A stretch of 27,008 nt of DNA from contig CAYNAH010000004.1 in the NCBI GenBank assembly GCA_964395365.1, positions 1 through 27,008 on the forward strand. The letters run 5' to 3'. Below are positions 1 to 7,566 of the stretch, one piece after another. Within the stretch, counting starts at the first letter, position 1. Each line of letters starts with the position of its first letter. Below the pieces are notes generated by a model. The model was not told where the DNA came from and searched no databases. It saw only the letters and a program-made list of their open reading frames with translations. Source of the DNA: an uncultured Candidatus Saccharibacteria bacterium (lineage in GTDB: Bacteria; Patescibacteriota; Minisyncoccia; Phycocordibacterales; PALSA-1337). Made by a program: the position numbers and the translations under genes.

Positions 1-1
1 T

Positions 2-505
2 TTTAAAATAGTATTCTCGCTATTACTTGGTGTGTATTTTCTTCATTATGCATACTATGCTAAAGATATCGACAACTGGAATATTATTGATAGTGTGGAT
101 CTAATATTCCACGAGGCAGGGCATATGATATTCATATTCTTTGGTGAATTTATGCATGTACTTGGTGGTTCGTTATTCCAAATATTCTTTCCTATTGTTT
201 TTGTACTTTACTTCCTTATATGGAGAAGGGAATTATTTTCTGCATCCATTCTTCTGTTTTGGGTAGGTCAAAATATAATTAATGTTTCAGTTTATATCGG
301 AGATTCGATAAGACAAGAGCTTCCACTATTAGGAGGTGATGGAGCGATCCATGATTGGAATTATTTACTATCTACAACTGGATTATTGAAATACACCGAA
401 GTGTTCTCAATTATTACTTATGATTTAGGATTTTTTGTAGTAATTATTGCAAGTGTGTTAAGTCTGTATTTTGCAATATATTCCGAACCTACTCCCAGTG
501 CGTAA
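2..505 (+). CDS. Membrane protein with HExxH motif (M50B-like zinc metallopeptidase candidate), 5' partial
   Basis: The frame is open from base 2 (FKIVFSLLLGVY...), so the true start lies left of the window. It has an FHEAGH motif, several hydrophobic helices and a later HDWNYLL segment. Its 3' end overlaps recG convergently by 17 nt. Confidence 0.6.
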   Translation, partial: FKIVFSLLLGVYFLHYAYYAKDIDNWNIIDSVDLIFHEAGHMIFIFFGEFMHVLGGSLFQIFFPIVFVLYFLIWRRELFSASILLFWVGQNIINVSVYIGDSIRQELPLLGGDGAIHDWNYLLSTTGLLKYTEVFSIITYDLGFFVVIIASVLSLYFAIYSEPTPSA

Positions 506-2660
506 TATTACTCTCTCTTTGTTTTAATTCTTTTTTAATCTGTGTGTATAGATCCAAACCGTTATTAATTACTAGTTGTGCCTCTGTTCTTGCTGCTTCT
601 ACCATCTTTATATTCTGTAGTGCTTCCATAGCGATATCTGAAACTCCCCATTGTTTGCCTCCAGAAAGCTCTCCAGCCCCTCTAAACTTCAGGTCGTACT
701 CAGCCAGTTCAAAACCATTCTTAGCTGTTTTAAGGGCATTTAATCTATCTACAGTCTTCTGTGAATTTGTTTCTGCAAATACGTAACAATATGCTTGGTG
801 ATTCGATCGTATAACTCGACCGCGTAATTGATGAAGTTGAGCTAATCCAAATCGTTCGGCACCTTCAATAATTATGATTGTTGCATTAGGTACATTTACT
901 CCAACCTCGACTACAGATGTTGCGCATAGGATATCAATTTTTCCTGCTTTGAAATCTAGCATTACCCTATCTTTTTCAGCTGGTTTCATTTTGCTGTGTA
1001 GTATACCTATTTCATATTCAGGAAATATATTCTCCTTTAGTCTCTTTGACTCTTCTTTAACTGACTTTGCATTTACAGCCATCTCTTTGTCCGGATCTGG
1101 TTCATTTATCCTCGGACAGATGACATATGCTTGTCTACCTAGCTTTAGTTCGCTACGTATACTTTCATATACAGTATTACGTTTTTCGGGTGTGATGATT
1201 TCAGTGATAATTGGTTTTCTACCATGTGGCATCTGATCTAATAGGGTAAGATCAAGGTCGCCATATATTGTTAATGCTAGTGTTCTAGGTATAGGTGTTG
1301 CTGTCATTGAAAGAAGGTGTGGTGCGCGTGCAAGACCTAGAGCATCTTTTTGTACAAGCGATGATCTTTGTTTCAGTCCGAATCTATGTTGTTCGTCTAT
1401 GATTACATATGCCAAGTTTTTAAATTTAACTGTCTTTTGTATCAATGCATGAGTCCCTATGAGTATCGGTATTTCACCGTTATGTACCCATTTTAAAAGT
1501 TGAGATCTAGATATATCCGTCCATCCCTTTGGATTAAGTTTTGAAGGGAACTTCTTACACCCACTACCAGTTATTAAACCAACTTGTATACCTAGGTAAG
1601 AAAAATATTGTATGAAAGATTCAAAGTGTTGTGAGGCGAGTATTTCTGTTGGGCACATATATGCAACTTGTAGATTGCCATACTTACGATCTCTGGGTTT
1701 TGTTGTTACCACTGCATATGCTGTAGATGCTGCAACTGCAGTCTTTCCTGATCCTACATCTCCTTCTAGTAGCCGAGACATGGCATAGTCCTTTTTGAAG
1801 TCTTCAACTATGGTAGTAATTGATCTTTGCTGTGCTTGTGTAGCTTCGAAAGGGAACCTCTTAATGAATTCCTGTAGGTTATTGTTCTCTGAATCTATAA
1901 CAAAAGACTTGTTAAGTTGATACTCTTTTCTAGCCTTCTGTCTTTCAAGTTGTATGAAGAATATCTCTTCAAAAGCAAATCTCTTTCTAGCTGAAGCTGC
2001 ATCAGATGCTTTCATTGGAGTATGAATCCAAATTAATGCAGTCTTTAGGCTAGGGAGATTATATTTATCCAGTATTTCCTTAGGTATTGGATCTGGTATT
2101 GAATCTAATACATTATTTTTAAAAATATCTATAACTTTATGGTATATCCAGTTTGAACTGATGCCACGTGATTCTGGGTATATGGGATACAGTGTGTGTG
2201 ACATTCCGTCACTTCCGAAAAGCGAATCCCCAACACCTACAGGTAACTTGTTTACAATTTCAATCTTTGGGTTTGAAAAATATATTTCTCCAGTCTTTTT
2301 TCTTTCTGAAACCTTACCCTCAACTCTCACCATTGCACCTTCGGGTGTCATTTTTGCTAGGTATGGTTGATTAAACCAGACACAATGTATTTTCCCGCTA
2401 TCATCAAATACCCATGCATCAGCCATTGCTATCTTGGTTTTAAAACCCTTACTTGTTTTTAGGTTGTTGATTTTACCAAAAATGACAGCAACATCACCTT
2501 TTGATAGTGATGAAATATTTCTTGTCTCTGAAGTGTCTCCGTACCGAGCAGGGAAATGGTATAGCAAATCCTTAATGGTTTCTATACCAAGTTTTTTGAG
2601 TGCGGCTTTTTGTGACGGGACTAGACGCGAATGATCTGTAATTAGGGAATTGTATTGCAT
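489..2660 (-). CDS. recG: ATP-dependent DNA helicase RecG
   Basis: N-terminal LLYHFPARY and OB/wedge region (WFNQPYL), Walker A RLLEGDVGSGKT, DEQHRFG, MTATPIPRTL, QLHQLRGRV, DLKFRGAGE. Confidence 0.96.
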   Translation of the reverse strand: MQYNSLITDHSRLVPSQKAALKKLGIETIKDLLYHFPARYGDTSETRNISSLSKGDVAVIFGKINNLKTSKGFKTKIAMADAWVFDDSGKIHCVWFNQPYLAKMTPEGAMVRVEGKVSERKKTGEIYFSNPKIEIVNKLPVGVGDSLFGSDGMSHTLYPIYPESRGISSNWIYHKVIDIFKNNVLDSIPDPIPKEILDKYNLPSLKTALIWIHTPMKASDAASARKRFAFEEIFFIQLERQKARKEYQLNKSFVIDSENNNLQEFIKRFPFEATQAQQRSITTIVEDFKKDYAMSRLLEGDVGSGKTAVAASTAYAVVTTKPRDRKYGNLQVAYMCPTEILASQHFESFIQYFSYLGIQVGLITGSGCKKFPSKLNPKGWTDISRSQLLKWVHNGEIPILIGTHALIQKTVKFKNLAYVIIDEQHRFGLKQRSSLVQKDALGLARAPHLLSMTATPIPRTLALTIYGDLDLTLLDQMPHGRKPIITEIITPEKRNTVYESIRSELKLGRQAYVICPRINEPDPDKEMAVNAKSVKEESKRLKENIFPEYEIGILHSKMKPAEKDRVMLDFKAGKIDILCATSVVEVGVNVPNATIIIIEGAERFGLAQLHQLRGRVIRSNHQAYCYVFAETNSQKTVDRLNALKTAKNGFELAEYDLKFRGAGELSGGKQWGVSDIAMEALQNIKMVEAARTEAQLVINNGLDLYTQIKKELKQRESNITHWE

Positions 2661-2667
2661 TATGTCC

Positions 2668-3105
2668 TTATTCTTCTACTGTGATCATACCCTTATCTGA
2701 TGGTTTAAGGTGATTATGGAATCCCCACACCCCAACCTTATCAAAGGTAAAGTCGTACGTGTTGCCAGCAGGTATGGCTTTTTTTGGATCAAATTCTGGA
2801 TATATTTTATGTGAAGGATGACTATCTGAAGCAGGCCAAAAACTATTTGATGACTTGTTTTCAAAAGTTACAACCTCTCCTTGCTTAATTGTGACTTTGT
2901 TTGGACTAAAGCCTGTGTCTGTATATGTTATTACTGTCTTTACCCTTAAGTCCGAAGCGTCATTTCTTGGAGGAATATTAACTTTCTCCTCAGAATCAAT
3001 ATTTTTTACTGGTAGATTGGTATCGTCTTTAGGATCGAAACCAAAACGAATTACAAGGAAGATAACTATAGCTAAGAGGATTACGTATATTATAGTTTTT
3101 TTCAT
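2668..3105 (-). CDS. Membrane-anchored cupredoxin/plastocyanin-fold protein lacking the Cys ligand
   Basis: N-terminal TM helix, then GFSPNKVTIKQGEVVTFEN and YDFTFDKVGVWGFHNH, matching the cupredoxin beta-strand pattern. The protein has no Cys. Confidence 0.72.
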   Translation of the reverse strand: MKKTIIYVILLAIVIFLVIRFGFDPKDDTNLPVKNIDSEEKVNIPPRNDASDLRVKTVITYTDTGFSPNKVTIKQGEVVTFENKSSNSFWPASDSHPSHKIYPEFDPKKAIPAGNTYDFTFDKVGVWGFHNHLKPSDKGMITVEE

Positions 3106-3185
3106 ATTGTGTATGTATTAGATGATAATATTCCAATTATACTACATTTTGATTAAAAGCCAGTTTTATGCAAGAATTGCAATAC

Positions 3186-3273
3186 GGAACCGTGTTAGAG
3201 TGGTTGAATAAGCATCTTTGCTAAAGATGTAGGCCCCTTAAAGGTCTCGAGGGTTCGAATCCCTCCGGTTCCG
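3186..3273 (+). tRNA. tRNA-Ser(GCT)
   Basis: Acceptor GGAACCG/CGGTTCC, anticodon arm CATCT-TTGCTAA-AGATG, long variable arm, T arm GAGGG-TTCGAAT-CCCTC, discriminator G. CCA is not encoded. Confidence 0.95.
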
Positions 3274-3297
3274 CACTAAGAACCCGGTAGTTTTGAT

Positions 3298-3307
3298 GAC
3301 CCACAAA
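3298..3307 (+). repeat. 10-bp direct repeat GACCCACAAA, copy 1 (copy 2 at 7478-7487)
   Basis: Exact match read at both positions, each near one end of the island. Confidence 0.6.
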
Positions 3308-3369
3308 GGTCTCGATTTTATAAGATATTTATCAAGATTTTATCGTAATTATGTATAGTGATATACGTC

Positions 3370-3398
3370 TTCAATAATTGCAGGCAATGCGCTATAAT
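3370..3398 (+). promoter_or_regulatory. Sigma70-like promoter for a leaderless transcript
   Basis: TTCAAT-N17-TATAAT, with ATG 6 nt downstream (3405). Confidence 0.6.
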
Positions 3399-3404
3399 AG
3401 GCAT

Positions 3405-3644
3405 ATGAAAAAGACACAACAGTCAAAAAACAAAATGGTTGCCAAACTGGTATCGAGACGAGTTCTGGATGCTAACTCTGTTGCTCTTAAATCCTACGGC
3501 AATTACAAAAAGGCCGCTGACATTATCGAACGCGCAGAGTTTGCATCGGGCAAGAGAGTGATCTTCAAATCTGATACTGGCTCAACGCTTAATTTTGAAA
3601 TTAACCGCCATGGAGCCTACTCAACAACCGCGCAAACGATTTAA
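3405..3644 (+). CDS. Small basic hypothetical protein (79 aa)
   Basis: ATG placed 6 nt after TATAAT. Lys/Arg-rich. Overlaps the start of the downstream protease by 35 nt. Confidence 0.55.
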   Translation: MKKTQQSKNKMVAKLVSRRVLDANSVALKSYGNYKKAADIIERAEFASGKRVIFKSDTGSTLNFEINRHGAYSTTAQTI

Positions 3645-4632
3645 GACCACTCAAGACTGGAATAACCACATCGGTCCCATTCTTCAGGCGGGTACCCCAA
3701 TAACAGGAAACGATCTTTTCCAGATCAGAAAAGGTTGCTACGAAGAAATAGAGAAACTTCGAGGCAGGCCACTTTTGGTTTATGCCACAAAATTTATAGA
3801 CGGTGTACTTCCAGGCACTCCAAATCAGATTGATCTTCCCGATGTGGATGGGTTCACCGATCTTGTAAATAACGTCAACGGTTCAGACTCTGTTGATGTA
3901 CTTCTGCATAGCCCGGGCGGACGTCCTGACGCGACTGAGCGAATCGTGGGTATTTTACGTAATAAATTTAAGGAGGTTCATTTCCTAATTCCTCACTCTG
4001 CATATTCAGCCGCCACGATGCTGGCTCTTTCTGGAAACAGCGTTACTCTCCATCCGAGCGCTACTCTTGGTCCGATTGATCCACAACTTGGTATTCCGAC
4101 CAAAGAGGGTGCGGTGCGCTTCGTTCCTGCAAAATCAATCCTGAACGGATTTGCTAAAGCCCGAGGAGTGATTAAAAAGGAAGGCCCAGACGCTCTGCCA
4201 GCCTATATTCCTCTGATCGAAAAATATTCACTCGATCTCTTCGAACTTTGTGAAGATTCTGAAAAGCTTTCAAAGGATCTGGTTTCATCATGGCTCAAGA
4301 AATACATGCTCGCCGGAGAATCAAAAGCGATAAACAAGATCAAGAAAGCGGTATCTTTCTTCTCTGATTATGATAAGCACAAAATTCATTCCCGACCTCT
4401 TATGTCCGACAAGCTCAAGGAGTTTGGTCTGAAGGTTGAATCAGCAACGGGCGACTTGCAGGATCTTATGTGGGAAGCACATATTCTCCTTAACGGATTC
4501 TTTACTATCGGCCCTTTCGTGAAGCTATATGAGAGCGCGCACGGAGTATCTTGGGGTAAGCAGTATCAACTTTTAATGGCACCAACTTCACAGCAACCTC
4601 CACAACCTCAGCCTCCTAAGCCCAAAGCTTAG
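3610..4632 (+). CDS. SDH-family ClpP-fold serine peptidase
   Basis: Motifs LHSPGG, AYSAATMLAL, LGPIDPQ and HSRP. The ATG at 3610 is preferred over the TTG at 3595. Confidence 0.85.
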   Translation: MEPTQQPRKRFKTTQDWNNHIGPILQAGTPITGNDLFQIRKGCYEEIEKLRGRPLLVYATKFIDGVLPGTPNQIDLPDVDGFTDLVNNVNGSDSVDVLLHSPGGRPDATERIVGILRNKFKEVHFLIPHSAYSAATMLALSGNSVTLHPSATLGPIDPQLGIPTKEGAVRFVPAKSILNGFAKARGVIKKEGPDALPAYIPLIEKYSLDLFELCEDSEKLSKDLVSSWLKKYMLAGESKAINKIKKAVSFFSDYDKHKIHSRPLMSDKLKEFGLKVESATGDLQDLMWEAHILLNGFFTIGPFVKLYESAHGVSWGKQYQLLMAPTSQQPPQPQPPKPKA

Positions 4633-5921
4633 TTTTCCTCCACGAACGTAATCTTCTTGTCATTCAGCACCAATCTACTTCTTAGATGACCCATCAGTTC
4701 TCGCTTCTCAAGTGGCGTACCCTCGCGGAGTACGTATTTTGCATATTCCTTTGTGGCAATATCGTCCTCATCGATCTGCATCTTCGGCTTGCCTTTGACC
4801 GCTAGTCTCTGCAATCTATTGAATCGTTTTATTTCTTCTTCGAGCTTCATCCGCATGCCAAGTTCGTTCATATTGAGCTTGTCGATGATCTTAAATAGTT
4901 CTTCGATAAGCTCCTCCTCACGAATGTATTTGTTCTTGCAGTTTCGGTTTCTCGCTTTCGAACAGGAGTAGTAGACGTATTTCGCATTCGTACCATCCTT
5001 GAGTTCCTTGTACTTTTCCTGCGCCGTTATGCCTGATCCGCACATGCCGCAGGTAAATAATTTGGTAAAGGCGAATTCTCTATTTTCTCGAACAATTTTG
5101 TCTCGCTTCAATTGCTCCTGCACTTTCTTGAAGAGTTCCTCGGTGATGATTGGCTCATGATTTCCTTGGTACCAGTTGCCGCTGTTCTTTGGATATTCGA
5201 ATGGTCCGTAATAGATAGGTATCTGTAGCATTCGATAGACTCCACTTAAAGTTAGAGGCTTATTACCTCGGGTGTAGAAGTTCAGCTCAAATCGGAGCCA
5301 GTTGTATACCTTGCGACCAGACCAGAGTTCGTATCCTACCTTTTCGAACATTTGCTTCACGACCGGAGCACGCTCTGGATCGATGACGATCCGACATTTC
5401 TTTTCCATCAGTTTCTGATTGAGATATCCGAGCGGCGCCATCCCTGGCCACAATCCCATCTCCACTCTCGTTCGCAGTCCTCGCTTCACGTTGATGCCTC
5501 GGTTGTCATTTTCGAGCTTCGCCTGCGAGCCCAGAATCATGAGAAGGAATTTCTCGTTGGGATTATTGGTAAAGCACTGACCATAGGTCCGTATTTCATG
5601 GAGCTTCCCGACATCCATCAGGTCGATCACTTTGCCGAGGTCGCCCGCGTTACGGCTGATGCGATCGGGCGCCCAGGTGAGGATACCGTTGTACTTGTTA
5701 TCCTTAATTTCTTCGATGATCTCGTTGAAGACAGGTCGCTGCCCGGTCTCTTTGGCAGAGTGCGATTCTCGCTTCATCGTCACAACCTCCAGCTTCTCTC
5801 GCTCAGCGAGCTGGAGCATCTCTTTAATCTGGGAATCAATGGACAACGCTTGCCTTTCCTCGGCTTCGCTCGACTTCCTTGCATAGAGGCAGTACTTGAT
5901 TGGCTTCTCGATTGTTTCCAT
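4629..5921 (-). CDS. Large serine recombinase (resolvase + recombinase + zinc-ribbon domains)
   Basis: Catalytic YARKSSE, ESHSAKETGQRPVF, WAPDRISRN, APLGYLN, HEPIITEELF, and zinc ribbon CGMCGS...YYSCSK...C. Start placed at METIEK (5921) because the longer N-terminus precedes the conserved YARKS region. Confidence 0.93.
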   Translation of the reverse strand: METIEKPIKYCLYARKSSEAEERQALSIDSQIKEMLQLAEREKLEVVTMKRESHSAKETGQRPVFNEIIEEIKDNKYNGILTWAPDRISRNAGDLGKVIDLMDVGKLHEIRTYGQCFTNNPNEKFLLMILGSQAKLENDNRGINVKRGLRTRVEMGLWPGMAPLGYLNQKLMEKKCRIVIDPERAPVVKQMFEKVGYELWSGRKVYNWLRFELNFYTRGNKPLTLSGVYRMLQIPIYYGPFEYPKNSGNWYQGNHEPIITEELFKKVQEQLKRDKIVRENREFAFTKLFTCGMCGSGITAQEKYKELKDGTNAKYVYYSCSKARNRNCKNKYIREEELIEELFKIIDKLNMNELGMRMKLEEEIKRFNRLQRLAVKGKPKMQIDEDDIATKEYAKYVLREGTPLEKRELMGHLRSRLVLNDKKITFVEEN

Positions 5922-5995
5922 ACACACGAACATACCGCGAACGTTCACGAAGTCTAGCGGAATACGACTCACAGAGCAGAAGCGGAAGGAAGTCA

Positions 5996-6026
5996 ACTAC
6001 ACAAATGAGGAGAAGGAAGCTAAGCT
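5996..6026 (+). repeat. 31-bp imperfect direct repeat, left copy (ACTACACAAAT-gagg-AGAAGGAAG-c-TAAG-c-T)
   Basis: Matches 6977-7007 at 25 of 31 positions without gaps. Lies 35 nt upstream of the methyltransferase ATG. Confidence 0.85.
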
Positions 6027-6061
6027 GTAAAAGTCCATAATTTATGGCATAATATAGCAAC

Positions 6062-6964
6062 ATGATCGGCTCTGACGGCAAAAATACAAAAGCTGGATTC
6101 GATGACAGGATCGTCGATTTTAGTGTCATACACAACCACAAAAAAGAGGATGTCACAGCCTTTGTGGATATTATTGATGCCAAGAAAGGACAGGTAATTC
6201 TCGATGGAATGGATGGCTATGGATCCGTGGCAAAAGAGATATTAAAAAAGACTGAAGCCGAAGGATTCCATCTAGAAATCTATACCGTTGATGAAAGTTC
6301 GGTACAAGTCGAGCGAGCGCGACAAAATATTCCACATGCAGAGGAGCAACATATAATTCAGGCAGACATACGAAAGGTTCCTTTTGAAGATAATAAATTT
6401 GATACGGTAGTAATCAAAATGGGAATCCATGAGGTACCCAAGGGCGAACAAATAAAAGTTGTTCAGGAAATGTATCGGGTATTGAAGCCTGGAGGTAAAT
6501 TTGTAACATGGGAACTTTCATTTTTAGATCCCGAAACACAAAAAGCGTTTCAAGACATTATCCGTAAAAAAGATGAAATAGCAGGTTTTGAAAAGCTTGT
6601 AACAAATAGATATTTTCCAAGACGAGATGAGTTATTAGAGCTTTTTACAGAAGCAGGTTTTCAAAATGTCGCTGTGGCACATCGTATAGATTCGCAGTTA
6701 ACTATGAGGGTGAGAGAAACAGAGCTTGTTTCTAAAGATAAGAAAAAGCTTTTAGATGAAAAAGGAAGTCTTAGATCAGAGGATGAAGATTCTCTTAAAA
6801 CACTTGGCACAAAACGTTGCGACGAACTGGTGTCTTTTATTAAGAAATATATGGCAGATGCTCCTGATGAACTCAAAAAGAAATTTGATTACTACGAGTT
6901 AGAAAATGATGTCCACCTCGTCCCCAACAAGGAAATTATTGTTGGATTCAAGCCAGTTGCTTAA
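6062..6964 (+). CDS. Class I SAM-dependent methyltransferase (Methyltransf_11/UbiE-like) with C-terminal extension
   Basis: Motif I variant ILDGMDGYG, then QADIRKVPFEDNKFDTVV and EMYRVLKPGG. Own extended -10 candidate TG-G-CATAAT at 6045-6053. Confidence 0.85.
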   Translation: MIGSDGKNTKAGFDDRIVDFSVIHNHKKEDVTAFVDIIDAKKGQVILDGMDGYGSVAKEILKKTEAEGFHLEIYTVDESSVQVERARQNIPHAEEQHIIQADIRKVPFEDNKFDTVVIKMGIHEVPKGEQIKVVQEMYRVLKPGGKFVTWELSFLDPETQKAFQDIIRKKDEIAGFEKLVTNRYFPRRDELLELFTEAGFQNVAVAHRIDSQLTMRVRETELVSKDKKKLLDEKGSLRSEDEDSLKTLGTKRCDELVSFIKKYMADAPDELKKKFDYYELENDVHLVPNKEIIVGFKPVA

Positions 6965-6976
6965 GTGGATAACCCG

Positions 6977-7007
6977 ACTACACAAATCTAAAGAAGGAAG
7001 TTAAGTT
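6977..7007 (+). repeat. 31-bp imperfect direct repeat, right copy (ACTACACAAAT-ctaa-AGAAGGAAG-t-TAAG-t-T)
   Basis: Lies 981 bp from the left copy and 12 nt after the methyltransferase stop. Contains the stop codon of the DUF5681-like gene. Confidence 0.85.
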
Positions 7008-7381
7008 ACAGACGTTCCCGAATCAGGTCGAGGTTCTGGGATATTCTTCCGCTTGAACATCTTGATGTATTCCTCCCAATCTTCTTCGCTTTGCACCACA
7101 TAGCCATGCTCTAGCCTTTCCTTGTCATAGTTCTCTGGCTTGCCGTCCACTCGATCCATCACCATCTCTGCTGCTTTCAAATTACCTTTAGCAGCCTTCC
7201 TCAGAAGCTGCTTTATGATGATTACATCCTTGCGCGTCATCCTTCCTTTGAACAAGATTTTCTCCTTCAATATTTCCATAAGCACGGTTCTCACGTTCCG
7301 AGAACCTTTCGGTCTTCCTTTGGTATTTCGTCTTGAATCGTAACCTGACTGAAAAGGTTTTAAAGTTTTAATATTTCCCAT
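7001..7381 (-). CDS. DUF5681-like small basic protein (terminase-small-subunit-like N-terminal motif)
   Basis: PFQSGYDSRRNTKGRPKGSRN resembles the DUF5681 signature, followed by KAAKGNLKAAEMVMDRVDGK. Start placed at MGNIK; upstream starts at 7393 or 7423 are possible. Confidence 0.65.
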   Translation of the reverse strand: MGNIKTLKPFQSGYDSRRNTKGRPKGSRNVRTVLMEILKEKILFKGRMTRKDVIIIKQLLRKAAKGNLKAAEMVMDRVDGKPENYDKERLEHGYVVQSEEDWEEYIKMFKRKNIPEPRPDSGTSVT

Positions 7382-7439
7382 AACCGGTATCATATCGGCT
7401 TTTTTGTGCAAAATCTGGTGCATTACTTTGCCTTCGAAA

Positions 7440-7468
7440 TTCCCGTAATTTCACAGTATTTACGGGAA
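7440..7468. repeat. Perfect 9-bp inverted repeat TTCCCGTAA-N11-TTACGGGAA
   Basis: Read directly, upstream of the DUF5681-like gene. Confidence 0.7.
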
Positions 7469-7477
7469 AATTACCCC

Positions 7478-7487
7478 GACCCACAAA
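7478..7487 (+). repeat. 10-bp direct repeat GACCCACAAA, copy 2
   Basis: Exact match to 3298-3307. Confidence 0.6.
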
Positions 7488-7539
7488 CCTTCTTGAGTCC
7501 TTTGAAAAAGGCTAGAATACCCTTATAACACCTAACAAG

Positions 7540-7566
7540 TTGGGTACCGTACCCACCGTCTCCGCA
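7540..7566 (+). pseudogene. Degenerate tRNA-Ser 3' fragment (T arm + 3' acceptor strand), possible att remnant
   Basis: TTGGG-TACCGTA-CCCAC-CGTCTCC-GCA aligns without gaps to tRNA 3249-3275 at 17 of 27 positions, with a compensatory A-T to T-A change in the T stem. Confidence 0.55.

Larger units (their letters stand above)
3274..7566. mobile_element. tRNA-Ser-associated genomic island with a large serine recombinase
   Basis: Begins right after the tRNA 3' end and contains a serine recombinase plus accessory genes. Parts look more GC-rich than the flanking core genes (by eye). It ends at a degenerate tRNA 3'-end copy (7540-7566). Boundaries are inferred. Confidence 0.62.

Noticed and set aside
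3595-3644. Programmed frameshift fusing the small ORF to the protease
   Set aside because: No X-XXY-YYZ slippery site or clear stimulatory structure, and the protease has its own ATG at 3610.
5352-5957. 201-aa plus-strand ORF
   Set aside because: It lies antisense within the serine recombinase and has no recognisable motifs. Long shadow ORFs are expected in this GC-richer segment.
5836-6183. 115-aa minus-strand ORF
   Set aside because: It overlaps both the recombinase and the methyltransferase and crosses the repeat; no motif support.
6964-6972. Near DnaA box (TTATCCACT on the reverse strand)
   Set aside because: One mismatch and isolated; no cluster suggesting an origin.
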